Virus record (IMG/VR): IMGVR_UViG_3300021197_000088 | Location: 1-54,442 of that record | Direction: 5' to 3' (one strand) | From: a virus | Lineage: Duplodnaviria > Caudoviricetes | Length of the DNA stretch: 54,442 nucleotides | In this document: piece after piece, positions 29,902 through 38,533 of the stretch | Position numbering within the stretch: the stretch's first letter is position 1 | How the letters are laid out: each line of letters opens with the position of its first letter | Position numbers and translations under genes: made by a program | Notes under the pieces: generated by a model | Told to the model about the DNA's origin: nothing | Database searches by the model: none | The model's input: only the letters and a program-made list of their open reading frames with translations

Positions 29902-30351
29902 TTACGCTACATCATCAAGCAATGCTGCTACAATACAATTTACTGTGCTTGTAGAAGAAATTGCATGTATATCTGCAACAGTTGTGTTAGGAAGATTACC
30001 GTACCAAGAATGTCCGGCTTTAATCTTAATAGCATCACCTGCACTTGTAGAAGCAGTCCCTGCATCAAGAACTATGTAGACATCATTACTAGCGTCTGTG
30101 TTCTTAATAAACAAGAAGTTTACTTTATCTGCTGTTGCTACAGCAGTTGGTGCAGTGTCATCGTCTACAGCCGTATAGTCTGTAAAGTAACCTGCAATTA
30201 AATCTGTGCTTGAGTTAGAAACACTGGTTAGTTTATAATACCACTTGTCATTTGCATCTGCAGGTGCTATTGTCATGCTACCAGAAATAGTTTTGGCAAT
30301 CTCATCAGGCAATACCGTTGCCTGTACGGTTACTGAGGCATCGTCTGCCAT
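29902..30351 (-). CDS. Putative structural protein
   Basis: AGGAG SD, own promoter, beta-rich composition. Confidence 0.7.
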   Translation of the reverse strand: MADDASVTVQATVLPDEIAKTISGSMTIAPADANDKWYYKLTSVSNSSTDLIAGYFTDYTAVDDDTAPTAVATADKVNFLFIKNTDASNDVYIVLDAGTASTSAGDAIKIKAGHSWYGNLPNTTVADIHAISSTSTVNCIVAALLDDVA

Positions 30352-30386
30352 GATATATACTCCTATGTTATATCTAATATACTATA

Positions 30387-30415
30387 ATTATAGCATAACT
30401 ATAGTAATTTGTCAA
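30387..30415 (-). promoter_or_regulatory. Sigma70 promoter, full consensus
   Basis: Minus strand TTGACA-17 bp-TATAAT with extended -10 TG, intergenic. Confidence 0.9.
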
Positions 30416-30426
30416 GCCCTATTTAA

Positions 30427-32832
30427 CTAGCCAAGGGCTATGGCTAAAGCTGTAGCATCCGCTGATGCAACTGCTGCACTTACTGCACCAATATCTGAGA
30501 GAACTTCTGAGGTAGAACGACTCTCTAATCCACTTGCAGTAAATCTAGCGTACTCATCATCAGCTACAGAAGCGCTATCAATCTTAACTGCATTAGTATT
30601 TGATATACCGAATGTTAAAGAAGCCTGTGCGCCAATATCCGAAAGAACCTCAGATGCAGAACGGCCTTCAATAGTTGTTCCATCAATACGAAGAAAGTCA
30701 TCGTCTACTGCGCCACTTGTAAAGGTAGCCACGTTTCCGCTAGAAATACCACTACTTGGTACATCAGACGTTAAAGCAACTGTACCTGTAGAAGTTGGTA
30801 AGGTTACTGTTACGTCACCCGTAGTAGCTGGACCTATTAATGTAACTTTATTAGTTCCACTATCACTGTCTTCAAAGAACTCTAAGAAACCTGCACTAGT
30901 AGCACCGTTTTTTAATTGTATACCTGCGTTAGCTATAGGTGTAGTTAGAGTTTTATTTGTAAGAGTATCCGTGGTTGCTTTACCAACGAGTGTGTCTGTT
31001 GCGGCTGGTAAAGTTAGTGTAACATCTCCTGAGTAAGTAGAGTGGGCAGAAGATTGCAGCGCAGTATAGTGTGCGTTAGAAGATTCACAGTAGAACTTTA
31101 TGTTTGAAACAGCACCGCCGTTCTTTAAATCAATAACGCCACTCTCTATGCCGACATTACCGTCTAGTAAAACCTGTCCAGTACCTTTTGGTGTTAGCTT
31201 TAGACTAACATTAGTATCGTCACCCGTAGCTGATATTTCAGGAGCATTGCCTGTAGCAGCGTTAGTTACATCAATTTGATTGACTGCAGAACCTGTTGTC
31301 TGAAATATAATTTGTTCATTGCCACTTTCGTCAGCAATAAAGTGAGCATCATCAATAAGTATATTTTGACTATTTGTATCTAAATTTCCACCAAGTTGTG
31401 GAGATGTATCCGCTACAACATCTGTTAGACCACCTGCTGCTGACACTAAGTTTGTTACAGGAACTTTCCTAAGAGCAGTAGCAGAGTTGTCGTAGAATAA
31501 AAGTAAATCGTTAGATGTATCAATGGTAGTTTCTTGCGTCTGCCCTGTAATAACATTAGCATTAAGCATAGAGCCTTCTACTGCTGCACTTGCAATAGTG
31601 ACTGCACCTGTACCTGCCATTGTAACATCGCCGGAGATAGCCACAGGATTATAGTTTGTGCCATCGCCAACAAGCATGTGACCTGCTGTATTAGTGTTCA
31701 TAGTGATGTCATCGCCTGTAACAGTCAAGTCACCAGTTACAACAACATCTCCGCTAAAGGTAGCTTTACCTGCAAGAGCCATATCAATGTCAAGAGCAGT
31801 AATCCCAGAAGAACCATCTGTACCCTTGATAGCAAAGTTTTTATCTGCAGTGCTTACTGTAAGTTCTACGTCAGATGAATTATTAGCAATGTCAAGTATA
31901 GATGTGCCATCATCTTTAAATATTACATTTGCACCACCAGCATCCAGAATAATGTCAGCGGTAGCGTCTAATGTAATATCTGCTCCACTGTCAATTTCAG
32001 CTATTACAGGAGTTGTGAGAGTTTTGTTTGTGAGAGTTTTGGTAGTTTGAGAAAGGTAGGTATCAAAAGTATCTACAGTTGTCTGGCGCATTGTACCGCC
32101 ATCGTTAGTAACAATACCGTCACCACCTGCTACGGCTGTTGTTCCAGCGGATGTATCACCATCTACTAAATTTAATTCTGCAGTTGTAGAAGTTACCCCA
32201 TCTAGTATATTTAGTTCAGCAGCAGTGGATGAAACATTAGTACCGCCAATGTCTAACGTAGTCATAGACACTTCGCCAGCTACAGTAAGTATTCCAGAAG
32301 CTAGTGTAAGTAAATCAGTGTCACCTGTGTGTCCTATGTTTGACCCGTTGATAGCAATGTTATCTACAACTAGATTAGTTATAACACTATTTGCACCAAT
32401 AGTTACGCCATCAATAGTACCGCCGTTAATGTCAACCGTGTCTGCTACAAGTGCGTCTGTAGTTACTGTGCCATCAAAAAAAGCATCTTTAAATTCTAAA
32501 GACGCTGTACCTAAATCAATATCATTATCAGTAACAGGTACAATAGCACCATCTTGAAAACGAAGTTGTTCTACTGACGAGCCAGCACCACCCGCATCAA
32601 CAAATAGTCCTACACGATTATTGGTATTGTCAACAACAACTTTATTTAATGGCGTGGCTACACCGGGGTCTCCAATTAAACCAATAACTGGACCTTCTGC
32701 TGTTGTACCATCATGCTTGTGTCCGGTTGTGTTTACAAAAGACGCTAGTAACTGATTGAACTCATCGTTACTATCGGCTGCTTGAATAACATCTCCGTCA
32801 GCAAACGTAGATTGTCTGGTGTAACCTGCCAT
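30427..32832 (-). CDS. Main tail fibre protein
   Basis: MAGYTRQS...GHKHDG N-terminus, STAAELN and TLTNKTLTTP repeats, two RSxSEVLSDIGA repeats, ALAIALG end. Confidence 0.8.
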   Translation of the reverse strand: MAGYTRQSTFADGDVIQAADSNDEFNQLLASFVNTTGHKHDGTTAEGPVIGLIGDPGVATPLNKVVVDNTNNRVGLFVDAGGAGSSVEQLRFQDGAIVPVTDNDIDLGTASLEFKDAFFDGTVTTDALVADTVDINGGTIDGVTIGANSVITNLVVDNIAINGSNIGHTGDTDLLTLASGILTVAGEVSMTTLDIGGTNVSSTAAELNILDGVTSTTAELNLVDGDTSAGTTAVAGGDGIVTNDGGTMRQTTVDTFDTYLSQTTKTLTNKTLTTPVIAEIDSGADITLDATADIILDAGGANVIFKDDGTSILDIANNSSDVELTVSTADKNFAIKGTDGSSGITALDIDMALAGKATFSGDVVVTGDLTVTGDDITMNTNTAGHMLVGDGTNYNPVAISGDVTMAGTGAVTIASAAVEGSMLNANVITGQTQETTIDTSNDLLLFYDNSATALRKVPVTNLVSAAGGLTDVVADTSPQLGGNLDTNSQNILIDDAHFIADESGNEQIIFQTTGSAVNQIDVTNAATGNAPEISATGDDTNVSLKLTPKGTGQVLLDGNVGIESGVIDLKNGGAVSNIKFYCESSNAHYTALQSSAHSTYSGDVTLTLPAATDTLVGKATTDTLTNKTLTTPIANAGIQLKNGATSAGFLEFFEDSDSGTNKVTLIGPATTGDVTVTLPTSTGTVALTSDVPSSGISSGNVATFTSGAVDDDFLRIDGTTIEGRSASEVLSDIGAQASLTFGISNTNAVKIDSASVADDEYARFTASGLESRSTSEVLSDIGAVSAAVASADATALAIALG

Positions 32833-32835
32833 AAA

Positions 32836-34341
32836 TTATCTCCTTGCGTCAGGTTGAAATTCTAATTGAAATCCTTTTAAAGAGTAAGGTGCGGATGTAC
32901 CCCTGTCATTTACTCTAAGTGCTATTGAAAATCCACTGCCTTCAATTGGTTGTCTTATGATGGGATTAATCTGTCCACCGTAAGTTGCTGTGCCATATAG
33001 AGATGAACCATATACAGCAACAACAGAAGTGTTTAAAAATGGATACGCTGCTGGTCTTGGCGCAGTTCCTGTTTCGTAATCATATCTAACAAACAAGTCA
33101 GCATTGACAACAGCTTCAGGTGCATAGTTTATTATTACTCTTTGAAATCTTTTCCTGATACCAGCATCGCCCATGACTAAATCAGGAGAGCGATATTTAC
33201 CAGTTACAGTATTTCCATCAAAGTTATTACCCTGTTCCTGTCGATAGACGTAACCATCAAAGTCACCGTGTAATACTATGCTGTCTCCTGATACAACTAC
33301 GCTATCTGTGCTGTTTGCTCGTATTCCTTTTAAGTCTGCAAACTCGTAGTTTTGATTTCTCTTAACACATATAACACCTTTTGTATTATCTCTTCCTATG
33401 GATGCATTTGAAAAGAAAAGTCTATACTGTGTCTTGTCTGGTATAACTACGCTGTTAAATTCATCTACGTTTGAAACACCGTCAAACCTTTGTTGTATCA
33501 CACGACTAATTGTACCTAGCTCAACATCTCCAATTTTCTCTGAAGCAGCTACTGTGCGTAATCCATCCTTACCTAAGAATATTAAATCACCTGCAAATTC
33601 TTGTATTGTAAATCCGTTGATACACCCTATCTCTCTGGTTACAGGTTGCAGAACAAAATCAGATATAGTGTTCCCTACTAGTTTAAAAATTCTTTCTTCG
33701 CAAAATATGTATAGCTCATTACGATAAGGATATAAAGCCGTAATAGTATCGTCTACCTGTATACTTCCTGCGCCATTGGCTGGTGAAAAATCATCGTCTG
33801 TATACGGAGAAGTAAATATAACTTCCTGTGGACTTGCAGACATGCCAGCAAAAAATAAAGCGTTTTTAAAACCTGTTACATACTTAGGGTTTGCTGGAGA
33901 GTTTGCTGCAGTTAGGTCCGTTACTGTACTATTATCATACTTTGAAGCTGGGTTAGACCCATCAGCCCACACTATAAAGTCTGTTCCCCCTAAATTGTAT
34001 CTAAAAAAAGTATACCTTCCTGCATCAGTTCTGCCTGTATCTATCTGCGTCCAGCTACCAGTTGATGCTCCTTTATGTACTTTACCACCTCTTGCGGCAA
34101 TAACATTGCCCTTAAAGTAGGCTGACATTAAAACAGGTTCTGCTGAACTGGCATCTTGCGGAACTATGTTAGAGTTCCATTTAGCGTAGCCAGATATTCT
34201 ACGGTATCCACCTGTAATAGCAGGTTCAAAGTTTTCTAGTTCAGTCGCTGTACCGGGTTGTTGTGCAAAGGGTGTTTGGTTTAGTATTAAACCCCCTTCA
34301 CAAGCAAACATGTATGGGTTAAGGCCGGAAGTATCTGCCAT
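32836..34341 (-). CDS. Tail tubular protein B / nozzle-like stabilisation protein
   Basis: GGL...GGYRRISGY, IGC, FLGKDGLR beta-propeller-type motifs; position after the adaptor. Confidence 0.75.
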   Translation of the reverse strand: MADTSGLNPYMFACEGGLILNQTPFAQQPGTATELENFEPAITGGYRRISGYAKWNSNIVPQDASSAEPVLMSAYFKGNVIAARGGKVHKGASTGSWTQIDTGRTDAGRYTFFRYNLGGTDFIVWADGSNPASKYDNSTVTDLTAANSPANPKYVTGFKNALFFAGMSASPQEVIFTSPYTDDDFSPANGAGSIQVDDTITALYPYRNELYIFCEERIFKLVGNTISDFVLQPVTREIGCINGFTIQEFAGDLIFLGKDGLRTVAASEKIGDVELGTISRVIQQRFDGVSNVDEFNSVVIPDKTQYRLFFSNASIGRDNTKGVICVKRNQNYEFADLKGIRANSTDSVVVSGDSIVLHGDFDGYVYRQEQGNNFDGNTVTGKYRSPDLVMGDAGIRKRFQRVIINYAPEAVVNADLFVRYDYETGTAPRPAAYPFLNTSVVAVYGSSLYGTATYGGQINPIIRQPIEGSGFSIALRVNDRGTSAPYSLKGFQLEFQPDARR

Positions 34342-34349
34342 ATTGACCT

Positions 34350-35066
34350 CTAAAATCCAGCTACGTTAATACCATATCTACCGGAATGGGGGAGATAAGT
34401 TGACCTCACATAGTCTGTCCTGTTTAATAGGATTGATTGCATATGCTTAATACCATCTTCAAATCTAGCAAAGTTAATTCCGTAGTGCTGTGCCTCGCCT
34501 CTGTACTGATAAGCATGAGCAGTTGCCCCATCTGCAACAACCTGTCTAAATTGTTCAGGTACAGTAGGGACATCCGTTGCAGCGGTCAGTGCTGTGGGAC
34601 GAGAGTAATATTCATACTTTAATGTGTATGCTTTGTCTGGGTAAGGGTATAAGCCGTAGTTATTATCGGGCGTTCTAAATACATAGGATGGAACGCCACC
34701 GACATCTGTTGTTGTTTCTTGACTAATATGTTTATCTATATATTCTTTATAATCTATTACGCGCAACGTAACGGCATCAACACCAAGTGTGTTATCTTTG
34801 CTTATACGAAAGGTTTCGTAATCTACGTGCTGTGTTCCTGTTGGAATAGTATAACGAGTTTGTGCCGCTACAAGTGTTTCTGTTTGTGTAGCATGGCTAA
34901 AAGGCCAACCAAACTCTCTTTGATTAATATAATTAATGGCATCGTTTACTGCGTTTTGACATTGTATTTGAAATCCTCTAGCCGAAGTAAAACTAGCTGC
35001 TGTTAAAGCTGGCTCATTCATACGGGCAAGAACTTCGTTTGTCAAACCTAGATAATCGTATGCCAT
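34350..35066 (-). CDS. Tail tubular protein A / head-tail adaptor
   Basis: YLGLTNEVLARMNE, WPF, LYPYPDKAY, PTVPEQF. Confidence 0.75.
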   Translation of the reverse strand: MAYDYLGLTNEVLARMNEPALTAASFTSARGFQIQCQNAVNDAINYINQREFGWPFSHATQTETLVAAQTRYTIPTGTQHVDYETFRISKDNTLGVDAVTLRVIDYKEYIDKHISQETTTDVGGVPSYVFRTPDNNYGLYPYPDKAYTLKYEYYSRPTALTAATDVPTVPEQFRQVVADGATAHAYQYRGEAQHYGINFARFEDGIKHMQSILLNRTDYVRSTYLPHSGRYGINVAGF

Positions 35067-35078
35067 ATTAAATCCTTT

Positions 35079-35115
35079 AATGAAAGTGAGGGGGCAAGTT
35101 GCCCTGCCCCGTCAC
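35079..35115 (-). terminator. Possible terminator after the capsid genes
   Basis: GC-rich intergenic hairpin GTGA-GGGGCA...TGCCCC-TCAC; U-tract is short. Confidence 0.45.
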
Positions 35116-35122
35116 ATTATAT

Positions 35123-35617
35123 TTACGCTAATGCGTCACGGTCTACTTCGTTAGCAGTCATATCACCGGGGTCATCCACATCCAAGCAAACAGCAAACAT
35201 ACGGACTTTACCACCCGTTGTTGTACCTGTCATCGCTTGAATTTCAATGTCAATGGTGTCAGCAGTGCCACCAATAAGAACAGGAGTTTGTCCTGCCTTA
35301 AATGCGTAGTCACCTACAGATGCTCCATCAAAGTCAAATCCGTCAACAAAGTTATCCAAGTCTCCACCAGTAATACCGAAATCAAAATCTGTATCGGTTG
35401 AAGTTCCTGCATGAGCAGCAGTTACCTCAAGACCAGCACACATGATGAGAGTATTAGCCGGAATAGTCAGACCGGGAATCACATCGTTAGCAGCAAGGGC
35501 AGTACCCTTATCTGTTACAGCCGTTGCAAAATTTAACTCTGCTGAAAGCAAATAAGGTTTACGACCACGTGCATCATTTCCTCGTGCTACAGAGGTAGTA
35601 TTATCACCAAGAGCCAT
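35123..35617 (-). CDS. Putative capsid decoration / minor head protein
   Basis: GGAGG SD, directly downstream of the capsid gene, beta-rich. Confidence 0.65.
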   Translation of the reverse strand: MALGDNTTSVARGNDARGRKPYLLSAELNFATAVTDKGTALAANDVIPGLTIPANTLIMCAGLEVTAAHAGTSTDTDFDFGITGGDLDNFVDGFDFDGASVGDYAFKAGQTPVLIGGTADTIDIEIQAMTGTTTGGKVRMFAVCLDVDDPGDMTANEVDRDALA

Positions 35618-35631
35618 AATTCAATCCTCCT

Positions 35632-36729
35632 TTAAGCTAAGTTATAAGCAGCAGTCACAATTGCTTCTGGGCGAAGAATCTTGCGACCATACAAATGCAT
35701 ACCACGGACAATATCTGCGAAGCTGTCCGGGTCGCGATAGGTTTCAGTCTTATTAATCTGCTCTGCAGTTGCAACAGCAGAAGAATGACCAGCAACGATT
35801 ACACCCATGTTAGACGTGTTTGAACCACCAGTAGTTGCAGGGCCAGTGCCGAGCGAAGGTAGGTTGTTTGACGTATACACTTGGAAACCGTGTAGGCTAT
35901 TCAAAACAAGACCATTCTGTAGACCAGAACCACCGAAGTCAGAGTTCAGAAGACGTGAATCTTCGTCCTTCAGTATTTCGATGAATACAGGGTCAAGAAC
36001 AAGCCAGCGTCCGTTGGTATCAACATTTTGTTGGTCCATAAGACGTGACATACGTGCAATGATTTGCAAAGCAAAAGCATTACCTGTAGTGCCTGACTTA
36101 GTAGCAGTGGCTCCACCAGCACGTGCTTCCAGACCAATGGACTGGTTAGCTGTACCTGCGGTTCCGTTTGACTGCGTAAAGTCAGATGCATCCAAAGACA
36201 TGGAAGCAAGTAGTTCAGCACCAACTAAGTTAGCACCAGCAGAAGCTGTAGTTACAGCCTTTGCACCATTAACAGTAGTGTTAACAGCAGAAGCAACAGC
36301 ATGTAGCTGTGCTTGCTTAAAGCCTGACAGATAGCCAAGAACATCTTGGTCAAACTGGTCGGCAAGGCGATACGCTGCACGGTCACTTGCCAGAGACTGG
36401 AAGTTTACGTGAGAGTGTGCCTCTTCAATGTCATCCACCTTGAAAGCAAAGTAGTTAGCTTTGTCAATCGTAAGGCTGAACTCTTCATCGTCAAGGTCTT
36501 GCGGGGTAATAGTCGTACCACGAGCATACTCCTTGACTGTGATTTCCGGTTCCTTGATAATCTTAACGGAATCACCCATTTGCGCAATTTCACCAAAGTA
36601 GTCATTATTGGTGATTGCTTCAACAATAGATGCCTTGCGGAAAGCAAGTTGCACCTGTTTGCTGTAAATAACGGGTGAAAAATTACCGTTAGGGAGATTA
36701 CCATATCCGGCTGCTGTAGAAAAAGCCAT
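35632..36729 (-). CDS. Major capsid protein (P22 coat-like, HK97 fold)
   Basis: NFSPVIYSK, YFGEI..GDSVKI, IDKANYFAFKVDDIE, FADIVRGMHLYGRKILRPE. Confidence 0.92.
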   Translation of the reverse strand: MAFSTAAGYGNLPNGNFSPVIYSKQVQLAFRKASIVEAITNNDYFGEIAQMGDSVKIIKEPEITVKEYARGTTITPQDLDDEEFSLTIDKANYFAFKVDDIEEAHSHVNFQSLASDRAAYRLADQFDQDVLGYLSGFKQAQLHAVASAVNTTVNGAKAVTTASAGANLVGAELLASMSLDASDFTQSNGTAGTANQSIGLEARAGGATATKSGTTGNAFALQIIARMSRLMDQQNVDTNGRWLVLDPVFIEILKDEDSRLLNSDFGGSGLQNGLVLNSLHGFQVYTSNNLPSLGTGPATTGGSNTSNMGVIVAGHSSAVATAEQINKTETYRDPDSFADIVRGMHLYGRKILRPEAIVTAAYNLA

Positions 36730-36899
36730 GATTATTTCTCCATTTTGGCATTCACAGATGCAAACTTTAAGACGTTCAGAGGCTGCTTTATTTGGGTGTG
36801 ACTGTACGGGTCAGGCCAAATTCTTCAGGTAATCCGTGAGACTGTTCTGTTTGCTGATATGTGTAACACTATCGCGCAATAATGTTACACGTTTGTATG
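36730..36899 (-). ncRNA. Candidate structured 5' leader of the capsid mRNA
   Basis: About 170 nt non-coding; helices GUGUAACAUUAUU/GAUAGUGUUACAC (two G-U pairs), GCAAAC/GUUUGC, AUUUGG/CCAAAU, UGAC/GUCA. Confidence 0.55.
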
Positions 36900-36905
36900 A
36901 CTATA

Positions 36906-36933
36906 GTTATACTTATAAATAACTATTTGTCAA
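36906..36933 (-). promoter_or_regulatory. Sigma70 promoter for the capsid gene
   Basis: Minus strand TTGACA-16 bp-TATAAC. Confidence 0.75.
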
Positions 36934-37591
36934 CCTTTTTTTCTTTCGGCACTTCAATAAAGTTCATATTCATGCTGAAAGACCTACGCTCACCTTTTGT
37001 ATAGAAAGGATATACGCAGTGAAATAGATGTGATGGAAATACATAGAAGTCACCAACTTGTGGTTTTACTATAAAATTTGTACAAGCATATCCTGCTGAC
37101 GTACCTGCTGCAAATTGTATATGTCCATTAGAAGGATGGTGGTCTTTGTAATCCTCTTCCCATTCTTTCTCAATTCCTTCTGGAAGTTTAAGATAACCCA
37201 CACAAGATAATCTTGAACCTGTGTGGATATGTAAAGGGTTATACTCGTTTTCAAATTGTCGTACAAACCAACCGGAAACTACTTGCAAACCGTAGTTAAA
37301 GTTGTCTGTGTCCAATCTCTTTGCACCCATAGAGTTTCTATGGTCTGAGTACGCTTGATACTTACCAATAAACTGGCCTAGCCCCTTTTGTGCAATTGAT
37401 ATAATATCATCATCAAATGCTAGTTCTGCTGATACTTTGCCAACTAGCTGGTCAGAATAATCATCCAGCTTGTCAGACATCTTATCGTTTAGTTGCTTAA
37501 CCAACTCATTTGGCATACGATAGTATCCCATAGTTGGTCCAAAAGGAGCGAATAAATGTAGGTCACTTTCCGGCGTATATATAATGCTCAT
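36923..37591 (-). CDS. Putative 2OG-Fe(II) oxygenase
   Basis: YNPLHIH, LSCVGYL, FPSHLFHCVYPF, ERRSFSMN (HxH...H...RxS). Confidence 0.82.
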   Translation of the reverse strand: MSIIYTPESDLHLFAPFGPTMGYYRMPNELVKQLNDKMSDKLDDYSDQLVGKVSAELAFDDDIISIAQKGLGQFIGKYQAYSDHRNSMGAKRLDTDNFNYGLQVVSGWFVRQFENEYNPLHIHTGSRLSCVGYLKLPEGIEKEWEEDYKDHHPSNGHIQFAAGTSAGYACTNFIVKPQVGDFYVFPSHLFHCVYPFYTKGERRSFSMNMNFIEVPKEKKVDK

Positions 37592-38460
37592 CGGGCTGAC
37601 CCACTCACATCGTACACAAATTTACCACTGCGAATAGCTTCCATTATTTCGTCAGCATTCTTTTCGTATTCCTGTGCTGACATTTTTTGTACTTCAGATT
37701 CTTTTAGATAGGTACTTGATTCACTATTTTGTGGCTTGCTACGAGAGTTTTTTGTAGCCACAGATTTAGCTGCATCTTTATCTGACTTAGGTTTTTCTTT
37801 ACCAATCCCCATGTCAGCTTTGTATAGGTCTATAGCTCTAGCGGCAGAACGTGCATCATTGTCATTGTCATACAGAGCATCTTGTACCCACTTTGGTTGC
37901 TCATCTGCCCAATTGTGAAAATCGTCACTTTCTCGTATATCACCAAAGTCAGGGTGTATGCGCATTAATTCTGCTTCAGCTTTTTCTTTTGTAGCACTAG
38001 ACTGCAATTCATCAATTGCTTTCATACGCTCTTCAAGAGCAGTAGATTGTTCCCTAGCTTTTTTGGTAGCAATTGTTTCTACTATAGCTGCTACGTCTGG
38101 GTAGTCTGCTGCCCACTGTTCAATGTCTTCATCAGACTTAGGTAGCTTCATTTCTTTCTGAGCAGCTTTACTTAGTTGAGATTTAAGTGCTTCTATTTCT
38201 TTTTTAAAATCTTCAGACTGCTGCTGTTGATGTCTACGCAAATCAGAATAACGCTTCTTAAATGTTTTTTCTTCTGCGTTCTTAGGCTCTTCTTCAGGTT
38301 CTGGTTTTTCTTCTACCTCACCTTTTTGTTCTTTCATCAACTGTTCTAGTTCTTCTTCTTCCATCTTGCGTTTTTCTTCGTTACTATATTTACGATTTGC
38401 AAACGCAATTTTCTTTTCGGGCTTCATTTCTTCAGCCATGATTGTAGCTTCTTCAGCCAT
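37588..38460 (-). CDS. Capsid scaffolding protein
   Basis: Charged coiled coil, FKKRYSDLRRH, HPDF; upstream of capsid; start moved to the ATG after AAGGAG. Confidence 0.75.
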   Translation of the reverse strand: MAEEATIMAEEMKPEKKIAFANRKYSNEEKRKMEEEELEQLMKEQKGEVEEKPEPEEEPKNAEEKTFKKRYSDLRRHQQQQSEDFKKEIEALKSQLSKAAQKEMKLPKSDEDIEQWAADYPDVAAIVETIATKKAREQSTALEERMKAIDELQSSATKEKAEAELMRIHPDFGDIRESDDFHNWADEQPKWVQDALYDNDNDARSAARAIDLYKADMGIGKEKPKSDKDAAKSVATKNSRSKPQNSESSTYLKESEVQKMSAQEYEKNADEIMEAIRSGKFVYDVSGSAR

Positions 38461-38472
38461 TGTACTTCTCCT

Positions 38473-38524
38473 TGTTGGGGCCACTGTAGCCACACTGTCG
38501 GGTGTGGGGAGTGAGTAGCCAACA
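38473..38524 (-). ncRNA. Candidate cis-regulatory stem-loop before the scaffold SD
   Basis: Nested UGUUGG/CCAACA, CACU/AGUG, CACAC/GUGUG ending immediately at AGGAG. Confidence 0.55.
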
Positions 38525-38533
38525 TATTGTGGA

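Noticed and set aside
30440-32060. Repeats in the main fibre (TLTNKTLTTP, SEVLSDIGA) as a diversity-generating retroelement
   Set aside because: Copies differ at synonymous positions generally, not only at adenines, and no reverse transcriptase is present
16393-36678. Long + strand ORFs opposite structural genes (e.g. 18214..19068, 29575..30201, 30440..31036, 35807..36334)
   Set aside because: Antisense shadows caused by codon bias; Ser/Leu/Val-rich, no SD or motifs
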